64,000 bases of DNA, taken from positions 1,718 to 65,717 of the forward strand of contig JBEVCG010000059.1 in NCBI GenBank assembly GCA_040514325.1, written 5' to 3'. This stretch comes from Thermoproteota archaeon. Its GTDB lineage: Archaea; Thermoproteota; Thermoprotei_A; Sulfolobales; Pyrodictiaceae. The notes under the pieces are model-generated. The model ran no database searches. It was not told the DNA's origin and saw only the letters and a list, made by a program, of their open reading frames with translations. Shown here piece after piece: positions 1 through 9,159 of the stretch (within the stretch, counting starts at the first letter, position 1; each line of letters begins with the position of its first letter). The position numbers were made by a program, and so were the translations under genes.

Positions 1-54
1 TGTTGATAAGTTACACTAGCCCTACCTGCTGTGCGTTTGAAAAAAGAGCGTCGT

Positions 55-273
55 TCACCTTCTTCTAAGCACGTAGATCCTCTCCTCAGCCTCTAGCACC
101 AGCTTGCCGTTCTTCCGCTCAATGTTTACCGTCAGATCCTCCAACCGGTTTAGGCATCTAGGACACTTGTAGTAGTAGCGAATCCTCCTACCGTTCCCGT
201 TCTTAAGCTCCACCTCGACCCATAGCTCCATTCTGTTGCCGCAGCGCGGACAGGATACCTCCTGCAGCTCCAT
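55..273 (-). CDS. hypothetical small C4 zinc-ribbon protein
   Basis: 72-aa ORF with two CPRC pairs (SCPRCGN ... KCPRCLN) about 30 aa apart, a zinc-ribbon signature. No specific family recognised. Confidence 0.45.
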   Translation of the reverse strand: MELQEVSCPRCGNRMELWVEVELKNGNGRRIRYYYKCPRCLNRLEDLTVNIERKNGKLVLEAEERIYVLRRR

Positions 274-527
274 CCTTCACCACTTCCGCCAACACTATTG
301 ATCTTGCCTAGAGGGTGTCTGCTGTAAGATTGTATTGCTTCCTGCACCAGCCCTCTCAGGGACTATAGGTCGGAACCTGGCAGTTTTTTCCCTTTACTCC
401 TGTATTGAGCTGTTTAACCATACAAGCTTCCATACAGCAATCCACCTTCCTCCAGCCGCGCAGCAGAGTCCCATGCATGTGCGGGGCTACGCATATTTCC
501 ATCCAACAAGCGATATATTCTGCATAG

Positions 528-1616
528 GTGCCTGCACTGAGGCTCGTTGACGCTTACGGCCGCCCTCTCACTAACCTAAGGGTGATGGTTACCGGCAGGT
601 GCAACTTCCGATGCTTCTTCTGCCACATGGAGGGCTACAAAGAGGGGCACAGCGCCGAAGAGGAGCTGAGCCTTGAGGAAATAGAGATCTTAGCTGCAGC
701 CGGTAAGAAGCTGTCCATAGAGGCTTACAAGATAACTGGAGGGGAGCCTACGCTCAGGGAAGACCTGCCAGACATCGTTGGGATATTGAAGAGATATGGA
801 CGGCCTTACGTATCGATGACCACCAACGCATCGTACCTGCATAAGCATATCAGGAAGCTGTCTGAGCAAGGTCTCGACCATATAAATGTGAGCTTGCATG
901 CTGCATCTCCCTCAACCTTCGAGAAGATTACCGGGACGAAGCTCTTTTCGAGGGTTATAGAGAACCTGCAGCTGGCTCGGGAGTATGGCATAAGGATCAA
1001 GATAAACTTCGTCGTACTGCGCAATCTAAACGTTGGAGACCTGAAAAGGCTAATCGACCTCGCAGCTAAACTCGATGCCACGCTCCAGCTGATAGAGCTC
1101 CACCCCGTGGGGAAGGCTAGGTTCAGATTTAGGGACCACCATCTGCCTCGCTGGCGCGTCCTTGAGATGCTCGAAGAGAGAATAGTCGAGATACGCTATA
1201 GGCTGGGACTCCACAATCGCCCTGTACTCCTGCTCGACAACGGGGTACGTGTAGAGCTCGTAGGGCCTGTGGGCAACTATCTTTTCTGCAGCGCGTGCAC
1301 TAGGATGAGAGTAACTTACGACTTCAAGATACTGCCGTGCCTGAACTGGAAGGGAGAGCCCGTAGATGTTAGGAGGAGGCTACAAGCTAGCATGAGCTTC
1401 GAAGAGAAAGTGGAGGCTGTCGTAGACGCCATAAGAGAGGCGAACTCCCTGCGAAGACCAACGTTCTTGTTCCCTGCAAGAGACGGAATACCGTTACCAG
1501 CTAGGCGAGGGGGGCCACTCAGGCTTGGAATACCCAAGAGGAATGGCAGCCTCGACCTTCTGTCAAAGAAAGGGCTGGATACCGCTAGCTGGTATGGCTA
1601 TACTGAAACACGGTGA
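528..1616 (+). CDS. moaA: GTP 3',8-cyclase MoaA (molybdenum cofactor biosynthesis, radical SAM)
   Basis: 362-aa ORF. N-terminal CNFRCFFC (CxxxCxxC) radical-SAM motif, GGEPTLR segment, and C-terminal CSAC-x13-C second-cluster motif typical of MoaA. GTG start. Confidence 0.85.
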   Translation: MPALRLVDAYGRPLTNLRVMVTGRCNFRCFFCHMEGYKEGHSAEEELSLEEIEILAAAGKKLSIEAYKITGGEPTLREDLPDIVGILKRYGRPYVSMTTNASYLHKHIRKLSEQGLDHINVSLHAASPSTFEKITGTKLFSRVIENLQLAREYGIRIKINFVVLRNLNVGDLKRLIDLAAKLDATLQLIELHPVGKARFRFRDHHLPRWRVLEMLEERIVEIRYRLGLHNRPVLLLDNGVRVELVGPVGNYLFCSACTRMRVTYDFKILPCLNWKGEPVDVRRRLQASMSFEEKVEAVVDAIREANSLRRPTFLFPARDGIPLPARRGGPLRLGIPKRNGSLDLLSKKGLDTASWYGYTETR

Positions 1617-1622
1617 CACACT

Positions 1623-1961
1623 GTGGAGCCAATACACACAGTACGAGGCGAGATCCTCGTTGCCACTCCAGAGGGTCTTGAAAGGTGCATGGAGGCCTTA
1701 AAGTCGGAGCTTTGCAGCGCGAGCGTATGCGCACACCATAAGGCTCTAGCATGGATAGCCTCGGCAAGGGGCAGCTGCTTCACCCTTGCATCCGCAAGCA
1801 TCAAGCAGCCACTGCAGCTGACCCCTCCGCTGGGACCACCAACGCACTCCATAAGGGTGGTAATCCGCTGCACAGAACCAACAGAAGCCATAAGGCTGAT
1901 TGAAGCTCTAATGCGAGCGGCCGAAAGCTGCGGAGCAGCATTTATGATAGGAGACCAGTAG
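1623..1961 (+). CDS. hypothetical protein (possibly co-transcribed with moaA)
   Basis: 112-aa ORF starting 6 nt after the moaA stop. No motif recognised. An antisense ORF of similar length exists, so coding status is uncertain. Confidence 0.3.
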   Translation: MEPIHTVRGEILVATPEGLERCMEALKSELCSASVCAHHKALAWIASARGSCFTLASASIKQPLQLTPPLGPPTHSIRVVIRCTEPTEAIRLIEALMRAAESCGAAFMIGDQ

Positions 1962-1980
1962 GAAGACTGTATGGAAGTGG

Positions 1981-2038
1981 GCGGTGATATGAATTAGCGG
2001 TCGCTGAACCGTGACGAGACTCCCATGGATTGAGCCGC
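1981..2038 (+). ncRNA. weak box C/D sRNA candidate
   Basis: Layout is GUGAUAU (poor C box, 1984-1990), 13 nt, CUGA (2004-2007), 3 nt, GUGACGA (2011-2017), 12 nt, UUGA (2030-2033). Flanking GCGG/CCGC could pair. Two of the four boxes deviate from consensus. Confidence 0.25.
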
Positions 2039-2075
2039 TACGCTAATTTTAGCTGGACTACGACCATATGGATCG

Positions 2076-3029
2076 GTGTGTGCTTTGTCTGGTAGCCCAC
2101 TGCGCGGCAGAGACCTGCTCTCTATTGACGACCTTTCCACAGAAGAACTCAGGCTTGTTCTAGACACAGCTGCCAGCCTTAAGAGGAGATTTTATGCGGG
2201 CGAGAGGAACCTAAACGTCCTTTCCGGGAAGGTCGTCGCACTGATCTTCGAGAAGCCAAGCACGAGGACGCGTGTCAGCATGGAGGTTGCAGCACTACAG
2301 CTGGGTGCCATCCCGTTAACGTTCAACAGGAGCGAGCTCCAACTGGGCCGCGGCGAACCCATAAAGGATACCGCGCGGGTCCTATCCAGGTACGTCGACG
2401 CCATAGCTGCAAGGGTCTATAGCCACAAATCACTAGAGGAAATGGCGGCATATGCAGACGTGCCAGTCATAAACATGCTTAGCGACCTTGAACACCCCCT
2501 GCAGGCGCTAGCCGACGCACTTACAATAGTAGAGAAGAAGGGGCGTGTGAAGGACGTCAAGGTAGTGTACCTTGGCGATGGACGAAACAACGTCGCCCAC
2601 AGCTTGTTGCTGGTTATAGCAAAGCTAGGAGGCCACATAGTCGTATCCTCTCCCAGCGAGCTGAAGCCGAAGCCCGAGATCTGGAAGCTAGCCGAAAGAG
2701 CAGCCGCTGAGACGGGGGCAGTTATAGAGCACGTCGAGGACCCCAGGGAGGCCGTTAAGGGGGCAGAGGTGGTCTACACCGACGTGTGGGTCAGCATGGG
2801 AGAGGAGGCCGAGGCGGAGCGAAGGAAGGAGCTGCTCAGACCATACCAGGTCAACGCTGAGCTCATGAAGCTGGCATCGCCCAGGGCAATATTCATGCAC
2901 TGCCTCCCAGCACACAGAGGAGAAGAGGTTACAGAGGAGGTTATTGAGGGTCATTGGAGCGTTGTCTGGGACCAAGCCGAGAATAGACTCCACGTTCAGA
3001 AGGCCGTACTAGCTCTGCTTCTTGGCTGA
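2076..3029 (+). CDS. argF: ornithine carbamoyltransferase
   Basis: 317-aa ORF with STRTR carbamoyl-phosphate motif, HPLQ, DVWVSMG (OTC-type DxxxSMG) and HCLPA motifs. GTG start. Confidence 0.85.
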   Translation: MCALSGSPLRGRDLLSIDDLSTEELRLVLDTAASLKRRFYAGERNLNVLSGKVVALIFEKPSTRTRVSMEVAALQLGAIPLTFNRSELQLGRGEPIKDTARVLSRYVDAIAARVYSHKSLEEMAAYADVPVINMLSDLEHPLQALADALTIVEKKGRVKDVKVVYLGDGRNNVAHSLLLVIAKLGGHIVVSSPSELKPKPEIWKLAERAAAETGAVIEHVEDPREAVKGAEVVYTDVWVSMGEEAEAERRKELLRPYQVNAELMKLASPRAIFMHCLPAHRGEEVTEEVIEGHWSVVWDQAENRLHVQKAVLALLLG

Positions 3030-3042
3030 CAACGCTATCTAC

Positions 3043-3396
3043 TCAAAAACGCACCCTCTTCACAGCAACACCAAGCTCCTTAGCCAGGTTCTGTGCCTCC
3101 TCTGTCAGCCGGGGGCCTGAGCCGTAAAGCACAATCACGGGCTTTGCCCCCAAGACCTTTGCCTTCTCGGCTACCTTTGACACAACCTCACCGGTAACCT
3201 TAAGGGAGCCCTCGATCACGTCTACCGCCACAACAACCCCCTCCTTCCTCGCCACGAAGGATACCCTATCCCCTCTAACGGGGTGGTGCATCTCGACGCT
3301 GTACCCTGCTTCAATGTAGAGTCCAGCAACCTTTCCTTCAACGCCGTACTTCTCTGCAAGCTTCTTTTTGGTGAAAACGATCTCCGCCAACGTCAC
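3043..3396 (-). CDS. hypothetical protein, possibly restriction-endonuclease-like fold
   Basis: 117-aa ORF. The segment VVVAVDVIEGSLK loosely resembles a D...(D/E)xK nuclease core. This is a tentative reading only. Confidence 0.45.
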   Translation of the reverse strand: MTLAEIVFTKKKLAEKYGVEGKVAGLYIEAGYSVEMHHPVRGDRVSFVARKEGVVVAVDVIEGSLKVTGEVVSKVAEKAKVLGAKPVIVLYGSGPRLTEEAQNLAKELGVAVKRVRF

Positions 3397-3483
3397 CTTG
3401 TGCTCACCCCTAACCGCTTCACATTTAGAGCTTTTTTAACTTTGACCGATCCAACGCAGACTGCTACCTGGTGACTGAAGACA

Positions 3484-3765
3484 GTGAACCTGGAAGTCCT
3501 GGGGCTCGCGGGACTGCTGCTAATAGCCAGCGGCTGGGCAATCTCACTCCAGGGTCCCCCACCACCGCTGAGGCTAAGCGTGCTCTACTTCTTAGGCAGC
3601 GTGCTACTAACTATCTACGCGCTGTTCCTAGGCGACGCCGTGTTCTTCGCGCTGAACTCTGCCGCTGCCCTGCTCAGCCTTCTCAACATCCTTAAATCTC
3701 TAAGAGGAGGAGGAGAGCATAGGTCTGCCCATGTGGTGAACAGAGATGAGCAGGAGGAGTGCTAG
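3484..3765 (+). CDS. small multi-pass membrane protein (about 3 TM)
   Basis: 93-aa ORF with three hydrophobic segments (LGLAGLLLIASGWAI, VLYFLGSVLLTIYALFL, FFALNSAAALLSLLNIL). Its 3' end overlaps the aglB start by 20 nt. Confidence 0.55.
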   Translation: MNLEVLGLAGLLLIASGWAISLQGPPPPLRLSVLYFLGSVLLTIYALFLGDAVFFALNSAAALLSLLNILKSLRGGGEHRSAHVVNRDEQEEC

Positions 3766-6013
3766 GAGGGGTTGGACGTCGATGCTTGGCCGCAGGCCCA
3801 TCATCATAGCCTTCTCCCTTGCAGTGTTCATCGTGTCCCTGGCAGCCGGCATTTATCTGAGAACGCTTCCCTACTCCAACTACGCAGAAACGTACAACAA
3901 CGCGCTCGAGCTCGGGCTCTCGCAAGATGTCGCAAAGTACGCCTATATCACTGCGAACGACCCCTGGATAACGTATTGGCTGGCCGATTACCTCCACAAG
4001 CACGGTATATCATCGTGGACGAGGTTGACTAGGAGCAACCCCGATACCCACATATTCTGGTACCCCTGGGGCAGAGACATCAGCGAGGGAGAGTACCCGT
4101 TCATACCTGTTATAGGGTCGCTTCCACCAAACGGACTGGATGTCGTGAGGTGGGTGTCACTGATCCCCGCCATTTTCGGCGCCACCTTGGTGGCTGCAGT
4201 TTATGCCGTAGGGTGGCTCCTCTGGGGCCCTATTCCGGCTGCTGTTGGCTCTGTCTTAGCCGCCGTGCTCCCTGCATCCGTGTCTAGAACCTACGTTGGC
4301 TTCGTGGAGAAGATTGGCGTAGCGATGCCCTTTCTGGTGGTGGGCTTAGGGCTGCTGACGGACTCGATGAGGAGAAGGAGCGTAGCCAGGGCTGTAGCCG
4401 CCGGCACCGTTCTAGGCTCAATAGCTTTCATCTGGGGTGGCTACGCGCTTGGAGCGTTAGCCATAGCCTCTGCAGCGCTCATGGTGCCTCTAGCCATACC
4501 CTCGTGGAGGGATCAGCTTGGGCTCTTCAAGATCCTCGCAGCCTCAGCCACAGCACTTGCTGCTGTATCCAACTTGGCAGACGCGATAGACTACGGCAAG
4601 GTCTCTCCACCGCTTACGCTCTTCCCGCTAGCAGCTGTGGCTGCTGCAGCAGCGCTCTCCTACCTTATCGGAAGGGCTGTTAAACCGAGCAAGTTTAGGA
4701 GAGCGTACTTCGGAGCGCTCTTGATCATCATAGCCGTGGGGATCGTAGTTGCCCCAAAGATAGGGCTCGGAGGACGCTACTACTTCACCATTTTGTGGCC
4801 CCTGAGGCTTGCCGGAGTCATCAAGCTAGGCAGGCTGCCAGAGACCGTTGCAGAGCATGCCGCCTACTTCAATCCGGCAAGGCCGCAAATGTTTAGAGAA
4901 TTCCTGGATCGGACCAACATTGTTGGCGTGCTTACTCCCGTGGCGGCTGCCGTTGGGATATACTACGCCATCGCTAGAAGGAGGGTGGAGCTGCTGCCTC
5001 TTCATCTGACGGCTGCTGGACTCTACTACGGAGTTCTCGGAATGGCTTACCTTCTCCAGGCATCCTCCGTTGTCGGCGTGCTAGCCGTCACGTCTCTAGT
5101 GGCCCTCGTCTGGGAGAGAAAACCTTCCGAGCGCGGCAGGCCAAGAAAGAGGGCGAGGAGTGGGAGCGAAGCAAGCGACCTCAGGATGGCTGTCCTCGTC
5201 ATGCTCCTGCTGAGCGTAAGCATAGGCAGCGCGTACGCTTATCACGAGAGCGCCGCCTCGTTTTCCAGGATGGTGTCGACGGCGTTTGGCTACAGCACGA
5301 GCCTCCAGAACTATGGGTGGCCATACTTCCTAGAGTGGCTCACAGCAAACACCACGAAGGATACCGTTGTCGTCACGTGGTGGGACTATGGGTACTGGAT
5401 AAGCGTCGGAAGCGGCAGGCCAACGCTGGCCGACGGCGCCACATCCAACAGCACTCAGATAGAGCTGCTGGCAAAATTCTTTACATCAACTAACATGAAA
5501 GAAGCGCTTGACATACTTAGGAAGCTGAAGCTAGAGCCGGGCAAGACTCTCGTAATGGTCCACGATAACGTCCTGCTGGACCCTGTGAACGGCACTGTTG
5601 TATACACGGTAGGAACTGGGCTACCCTCCATAGACATAGCTAAGTCCTCCGCCATGCTGTATATAGCGAAGAAGACCGACCTAGGCTTCGCCGTGGGCAA
5701 CGACAAGTACAAGCAGACCCTGATATACAAGATGTTTGCATCTGCACCGTTCTACATAAGGGAGGCTGGCTCCGTGTTTCCGCCTAGCGTCAGCGGCGTG
5801 GACCTGCAGGGGGTGCTCTCCGCAAACGTCACCAGGGTGTTGCTGTTCGGAGAGGTAACTGAGCCGTTCGACCTAGGGCCGCTCAAGCCGCATTTAGTGA
5901 TCGTGGCGCCGTACCTAGACAGCTCGCTGAAGCCCGTGACCTTCCGGTCCGGCGGCAGTACGTACTACTTTGCATTGCTCATAGTCGTCTACGAGTGGAG
6001 TGAGGCCTCCTAG
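3746..6013 (+). CDS. aglB: archaeal oligosaccharyltransferase AglB (STT3 family)
   Basis: 755-aa ORF. Polytopic N-terminal membrane domain followed by the hallmark WWDYGYWI (WWDYG) motif and a soluble C-terminal domain. Confidence 0.9.
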   Translation: MSRRSARRGWTSMLGRRPIIIAFSLAVFIVSLAAGIYLRTLPYSNYAETYNNALELGLSQDVAKYAYITANDPWITYWLADYLHKHGISSWTRLTRSNPDTHIFWYPWGRDISEGEYPFIPVIGSLPPNGLDVVRWVSLIPAIFGATLVAAVYAVGWLLWGPIPAAVGSVLAAVLPASVSRTYVGFVEKIGVAMPFLVVGLGLLTDSMRRRSVARAVAAGTVLGSIAFIWGGYALGALAIASAALMVPLAIPSWRDQLGLFKILAASATALAAVSNLADAIDYGKVSPPLTLFPLAAVAAAAALSYLIGRAVKPSKFRRAYFGALLIIIAVGIVVAPKIGLGGRYYFTILWPLRLAGVIKLGRLPETVAEHAAYFNPARPQMFREFLDRTNIVGVLTPVAAAVGIYYAIARRRVELLPLHLTAAGLYYGVLGMAYLLQASSVVGVLAVTSLVALVWERKPSERGRPRKRARSGSEASDLRMAVLVMLLLSVSIGSAYAYHESAASFSRMVSTAFGYSTSLQNYGWPYFLEWLTANTTKDTVVVTWWDYGYWISVGSGRPTLADGATSNSTQIELLAKFFTSTNMKEALDILRKLKLEPGKTLVMVHDNVLLDPVNGTVVYTVGTGLPSIDIAKSSAMLYIAKKTDLGFAVGNDKYKQTLIYKMFASAPFYIREAGSVFPPSVSGVDLQGVLSANVTRVLLFGEVTEPFDLGPLKPHLVIVAPYLDSSLKPVTFRSGGSTYYFALLIVVYEWSEAS

Positions 6014-6064
6014 GCTTTTTCAGCCTCCCTGCACCTAGAAGATTCCCACCGGCCGCTAGGGTGT

Positions 6065-6562
6065 ATGCGAGCAATGAGGCTGAAGCGGAGGCGCTTGAGG
6101 TCTACAAGGATACGGCTCCTGGAGCTGGCTGTCGCCGCCAGGCATGCTTCTTCGAGGCTTGGACTGGCAGCTATACGCTTAAGGAACGCCCACGCTAGGA
6201 CTGGAGATAGAGAGCTTCTGAAGATGCTAGAGCGGGTGCTGAAGGCGCAGGCTGCCCTGGACATAGTCGCTACAAGGCTAGAGGCCATGGCTGACCTTGG
6301 GGCTGTTATGGGGTTCGACGTCGGCATAGTGAGAAGGGTTCTCGCAGAGGTTAGGGCATCTGCAGCCTCAATATATCCTGGCATAACCAGCATGCTCGCC
6401 GAGCTCGAGAACGCCGTTGCAGAGATAGCCGCGCTTGCTGGCGTCGATGTGGACACGGGCGAGGTAAACCAGAAGATCGATGAAGCCGTCCGGAAGATAC
6501 TCGAGGAGGCTGCCACGGTTGCAGCTCACAGGGTGTCCCAGATAGCTGATAGTAGCACGTAA
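6065..6562 (+). CDS. ESCRT-III (Snf7/CdvB-like) family protein, short paralog without wH domain
   Basis: 165-aa all-helical ORF with an Arg-rich basic N-terminus and acidic C-terminus. The segment LEAMADLGAVMGFDVGIVRRVLAEVRASAASIYPGITSMLAELENAVAEIAALAG...KIDEAVRKILEEA follows the pattern I recall for crenarchaeal CdvB (L..V.EL.GV....P....L.EL...V..I.PE....L..I...V..I..E.G). Confidence 0.5.
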   Translation: MRAMRLKRRRLRSTRIRLLELAVAARHASSRLGLAAIRLRNAHARTGDRELLKMLERVLKAQAALDIVATRLEAMADLGAVMGFDVGIVRRVLAEVRASAASIYPGITSMLAELENAVAEIAALAGVDVDTGEVNQKIDEAVRKILEEAATVAAHRVSQIADSST

Positions 6563-6572
6563 CAGCCAAGCC

Positions 6573-6911
6573 TTGCTCTGTGGGATGAGCTTGCCCGCGG
6601 AGGAGACGATCCGCGAAAGAATACTAAAGCTCCTCCTGCAATCTTCAAGACCGCTCTCTGCGGCAGAGATAGCCGCCGAGCTGGGGCTCGACCCCCGTAG
6701 GGCCGAGCGCGACATATACGAGCACCTGCGCCACCTCGCAAAAACGGTCAAGCGCAGAGTGCCCGGGTACAGGATATACATGGTGCCCCCAACATGCCTC
6801 TCTTGTGGCTATGTTTTCAGCAACCTGGATAAGCCTAGGAAACCCAGCAAGTGCCCGCGGTGCAGGTCGCAGAGGATAGCACCACCACGTTTCTACATAT
6901 CACGGGAGTGA
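6573..6911 (+). CDS. winged-HTH transcriptional regulator fused to a C-terminal zinc ribbon
   Basis: 112-aa ORF. N-terminal wHTH-like segment (IRERILKLLLQSSRPLSAAEIAAELGL) plus CLSCG...CPRC zinc ribbon. Likely start is the ATG at 6585. Confidence 0.7.
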   Translation: MLCGMSLPAEETIRERILKLLLQSSRPLSAAEIAAELGLDPRRAERDIYEHLRHLAKTVKRRVPGYRIYMVPPTCLSCGYVFSNLDKPRKPSKCPRCRSQRIAPPRFYISRE

Positions 6912-7219
6912 AGCCGCTCTGGATTTTAGGAGGATATACGTCAGTAACTCTGGGATTCCTCTTGGGGAGAGTGAAGAAAGTACTGCTGTTCTACGATAAA
7001 GCTAGCCGGAGGCTAGTCAAGGTAGCCTACGGCTGCGACGGAGCAAAGTTGGAGGAGAAGGTTATGGATGGTGTTGGAGCACTTAGGGTAGAAACCGCCG
7101 TCGTGCTCCCGGAAGGCACCGACTACAAGATGTCCGTGATGGTTTTCGAAGGGAACGTGCAGCTTGAGAGGAGCGGCGGACTAGTCGTGGTGAGGGCAGC
7201 AGACAATGATAGTTGTTAG
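6908..7219 (+). CDS. hypothetical protein
   Basis: In-frame GTG at 6908 overlaps the preceding stop (GTGA), suggesting translational coupling. The longest ORF starts at 6851 inside the upstream gene. No motif recognised. Confidence 0.4.
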   Translation: MKPLWILGGYTSVTLGFLLGRVKKVLLFYDKASRRLVKVAYGCDGAKLEEKVMDGVGALRVETAVVLPEGTDYKMSVMVFEGNVQLERSGGLVVVRAADNDSC

Positions 7220-7640
7220 GCTTGAGAAAAGCAAGAGCAGGAGCGGCAAACATGCTGCTAGAAGCATAGTGCTCCTCGTATCTGACCGGGGAGAGGTTAA
7301 AGAGGCCAAGCCTGCTCAGCTGCGCAGTATCAAGCCGTTATACGCCGTCGGGGAGGCATACGAAGCAGCTTACAAGGTGTCTCCGGGACACTTTTTGGTC
7401 TACGTATACCTGGTAAAGAATCTCAGAAATCACGTGAAGGGCTACATAGAGGTCTACTCGAATGATGGTAGGCTGCTCTACCGCGCAGTGTACCGCAAGC
7501 TCAAGCTTCGCCGGAGCATGGGAGACCCAAGCTATGCATGGGCCGTGAGAAGAGTCGCAGACTACTTAAAGCTGTACGTGAAGAACACGAACCTCGGAGA
7601 CGAGAAGCTGCAAAAGAGAGCGCAGAGAGTAACCCGATGA
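7206..7640 (+). CDS. hypothetical protein
   Basis: 144-aa ORF overlapping the upstream ORF by 14 nt. Basic and beta-rich. No motif recognised. Confidence 0.5.
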   Translation: MIVVRLEKSKSRSGKHAARSIVLLVSDRGEVKEAKPAQLRSIKPLYAVGEAYEAAYKVSPGHFLVYVYLVKNLRNHVKGYIEVYSNDGRLLYRAVYRKLKLRRSMGDPSYAWAVRRVADYLKLYVKNTNLGDEKLQKRAQRVTR

Positions 7641-7700
7641 CCGAGGCTTCTGTGCTGAGCGCGCAACACGTGATGTCTTCACGGACCGGGGGAGGGCGCG

Positions 7701-7988
7701 TTGTTCACCAGGAGAGTTGTAGAAAAGAGGCTGAAGAGGTTCCTCCTGGAGGAGGCCAGGAAGGCCAAGCTTGACCTACAGGAGATTGCAGAGTGGTTGC
7801 AGTTCTCAGCTGGCATATCAGCGCGGCCGGACTGGGGCGACATCGAGCGCAAGATCCTCGAAGCCGAGGAGATTAGTGCACAAGAGCTCGCAGCATTCCT
7901 GTTAGAGGAGGGCGTTAGGGTCGACGAGGAGAAGTGGATAGAAATCGTGAAGAGCTCGTACAAAGGGACAAAGGTCCCAAGGATGTAG
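7701..7988 (+). CDS. hypothetical acidic helical protein
   Basis: 95-aa ORF with a non-ATG start, in the same-strand array. No motif recognised. Confidence 0.4.
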   Translation: MFTRRVVEKRLKRFLLEEARKAKLDLQEIAEWLQFSAGISARPDWGDIERKILEAEEISAQELAAFLLEEGVRVDEEKWIEIVKSSYKGTKVPRM

Positions 7989-7994
7989 CGCGCC

Positions 7995-8597
7995 ATGGGG
8001 AGCAGTACTCTTGGAGAGGATGTTTGCTGCGAAGGCCTGGCCAGGATATGCCGTGAGACGCGCGACACGCATCACTGCACCGCTATCGTGGCCGTTCTTC
8101 TGGCTGTGAAGCTGCATGGGCCAGTGGGGCGGCGTGATCTGGCTAGAATGCTTGGTCTTGGTGAGAGGAAGGTCCGGAACATCGTCGAGAAGCTTGCGCG
8201 AGAGGGGTACCTTAGGGTTACACGTGCTGGCTCGAGCCTCTCCGAGTACGCCAAGAAGCTGCTCGGCTGCATAAGCATGATCAGCTGCAACGGTTCGACC
8301 CTATGTGGGGTTACCAGCGCTTCGTGGCAGAGATTCCTCTCCGTAGGCAGTATAGTAAGGGTGAGAGACCTCATCTTAGCCCTGATGGGCTCTACTCGCG
8401 GACTGACACTCATAGGGCTGGTTGACCCTTCAGACACGGCGATCGCTCCAGGTGTGGACCGCCTCAGAGACTTTGTGTCAAGCTCGGAGGAGCTTTGCCT
8501 CAGCAAGATTGAGCCAGGATCGCTCTTTGCGCTCTTTCGAGAGGAGAGCTGCTATACGTGCTGCGCCGCGTTTGCTCAGGCTGTCTGCTGCGAGTAA
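7995..8597 (+). CDS. putative wHTH transcriptional regulator with Cys-rich termini
   Basis: 200-aa ORF. The segment GPVGRRDLARMLGLGERKVRNIVEKLAREGYL is wHTH-like. Cys clusters occur at both ends (CCEGL.., CYTCCAAFAQAVCC). The 3' end overlaps the convergent nadM by 22 nt. Confidence 0.55.
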   Translation: MGSSTLGEDVCCEGLARICRETRDTHHCTAIVAVLLAVKLHGPVGRRDLARMLGLGERKVRNIVEKLAREGYLRVTRAGSSLSEYAKKLLGCISMISCNGSTLCGVTSASWQRFLSVGSIVRVRDLILALMGSTRGLTLIGLVDPSDTAIAPGVDRLRDFVSSSEELCLSKIEPGSLFALFREESCYTCCAAFAQAVCCE

Positions 8598-9139
8598 CGC
8601 GCTTGCCCAGCTATCTCCCTGATTCTGGAAACCCCCTCAATAGCGTCTATCACGGCAGCCACAGCGCCTGGCACTAGGCTTCTCCACCTATCATCCCCGC
8701 TGGCCATGAGCATTCTGATTCTCTCGCCGCGCCATTCCGACCTATTCACCAGAGGAGGCGTAACGACCGTCACCCCTGCATCGGTAAAAGCTCTTCTGAC
8801 TGCCGGGTTGGCCGTAGCAACAGCCTCTGCCGGGGGCACGTAGCCTAGAACGTAGCCAGCATTGCCAGCGTACACGCGGAGAGTCTGTATCGTTGCAGTG
8901 ATTATTCTTGAGAGGTCTATGCCTTCTTCCTTTAGCGCCTCGCGTATCATGAGGATACGTTCGCCTGCCGTGAACGGGTTTCTCATCGTATGGCTTTCAT
9001 CGGCCATACCCACTAGGATGACTACTTCCTCGTATCTTTCCAGCAGCCACTTGAGGGCGTGTAGGTGCCCATAGTGGAACGGCTGGAATCTCCCAAAGAA
9101 TACAACGCGCTTTGCATTTAGCTTGACCAAGACAATCAA
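8576..9139 (-). CDS. nadM: nicotinamide-nucleotide adenylyltransferase (archaeal NMNAT)
   Basis: 187-aa ORF with GRFQPFHYGH, the (H/T)xGH nucleotidyltransferase motif in the archaeal NMNAT context, and typical length. Confidence 0.85.
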   Translation of the reverse strand: MIVLVKLNAKRVVFFGRFQPFHYGHLHALKWLLERYEEVVILVGMADESHTMRNPFTAGERILMIREALKEEGIDLSRIITATIQTLRVYAGNAGYVLGYVPPAEAVATANPAVRRAFTDAGVTVVTPPLVNRSEWRGERIRMLMASGDDRWRSLVPGAVAAVIDAIEGVSRIREIAGQARYSQQTA

Positions 9140-9159
9140 CCTCTACCTGGGCTCCTGCC

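Noticed and set aside
6010-6516. 168-aa minus-strand ORF antisense to the ESCRT-III-like gene
   Set aside because: It is Ser/Ala/Thr-rich low-complexity sequence typical of a GC-rich shadow frame. The plus-strand frame has an ESCRT-III-like helical pattern.
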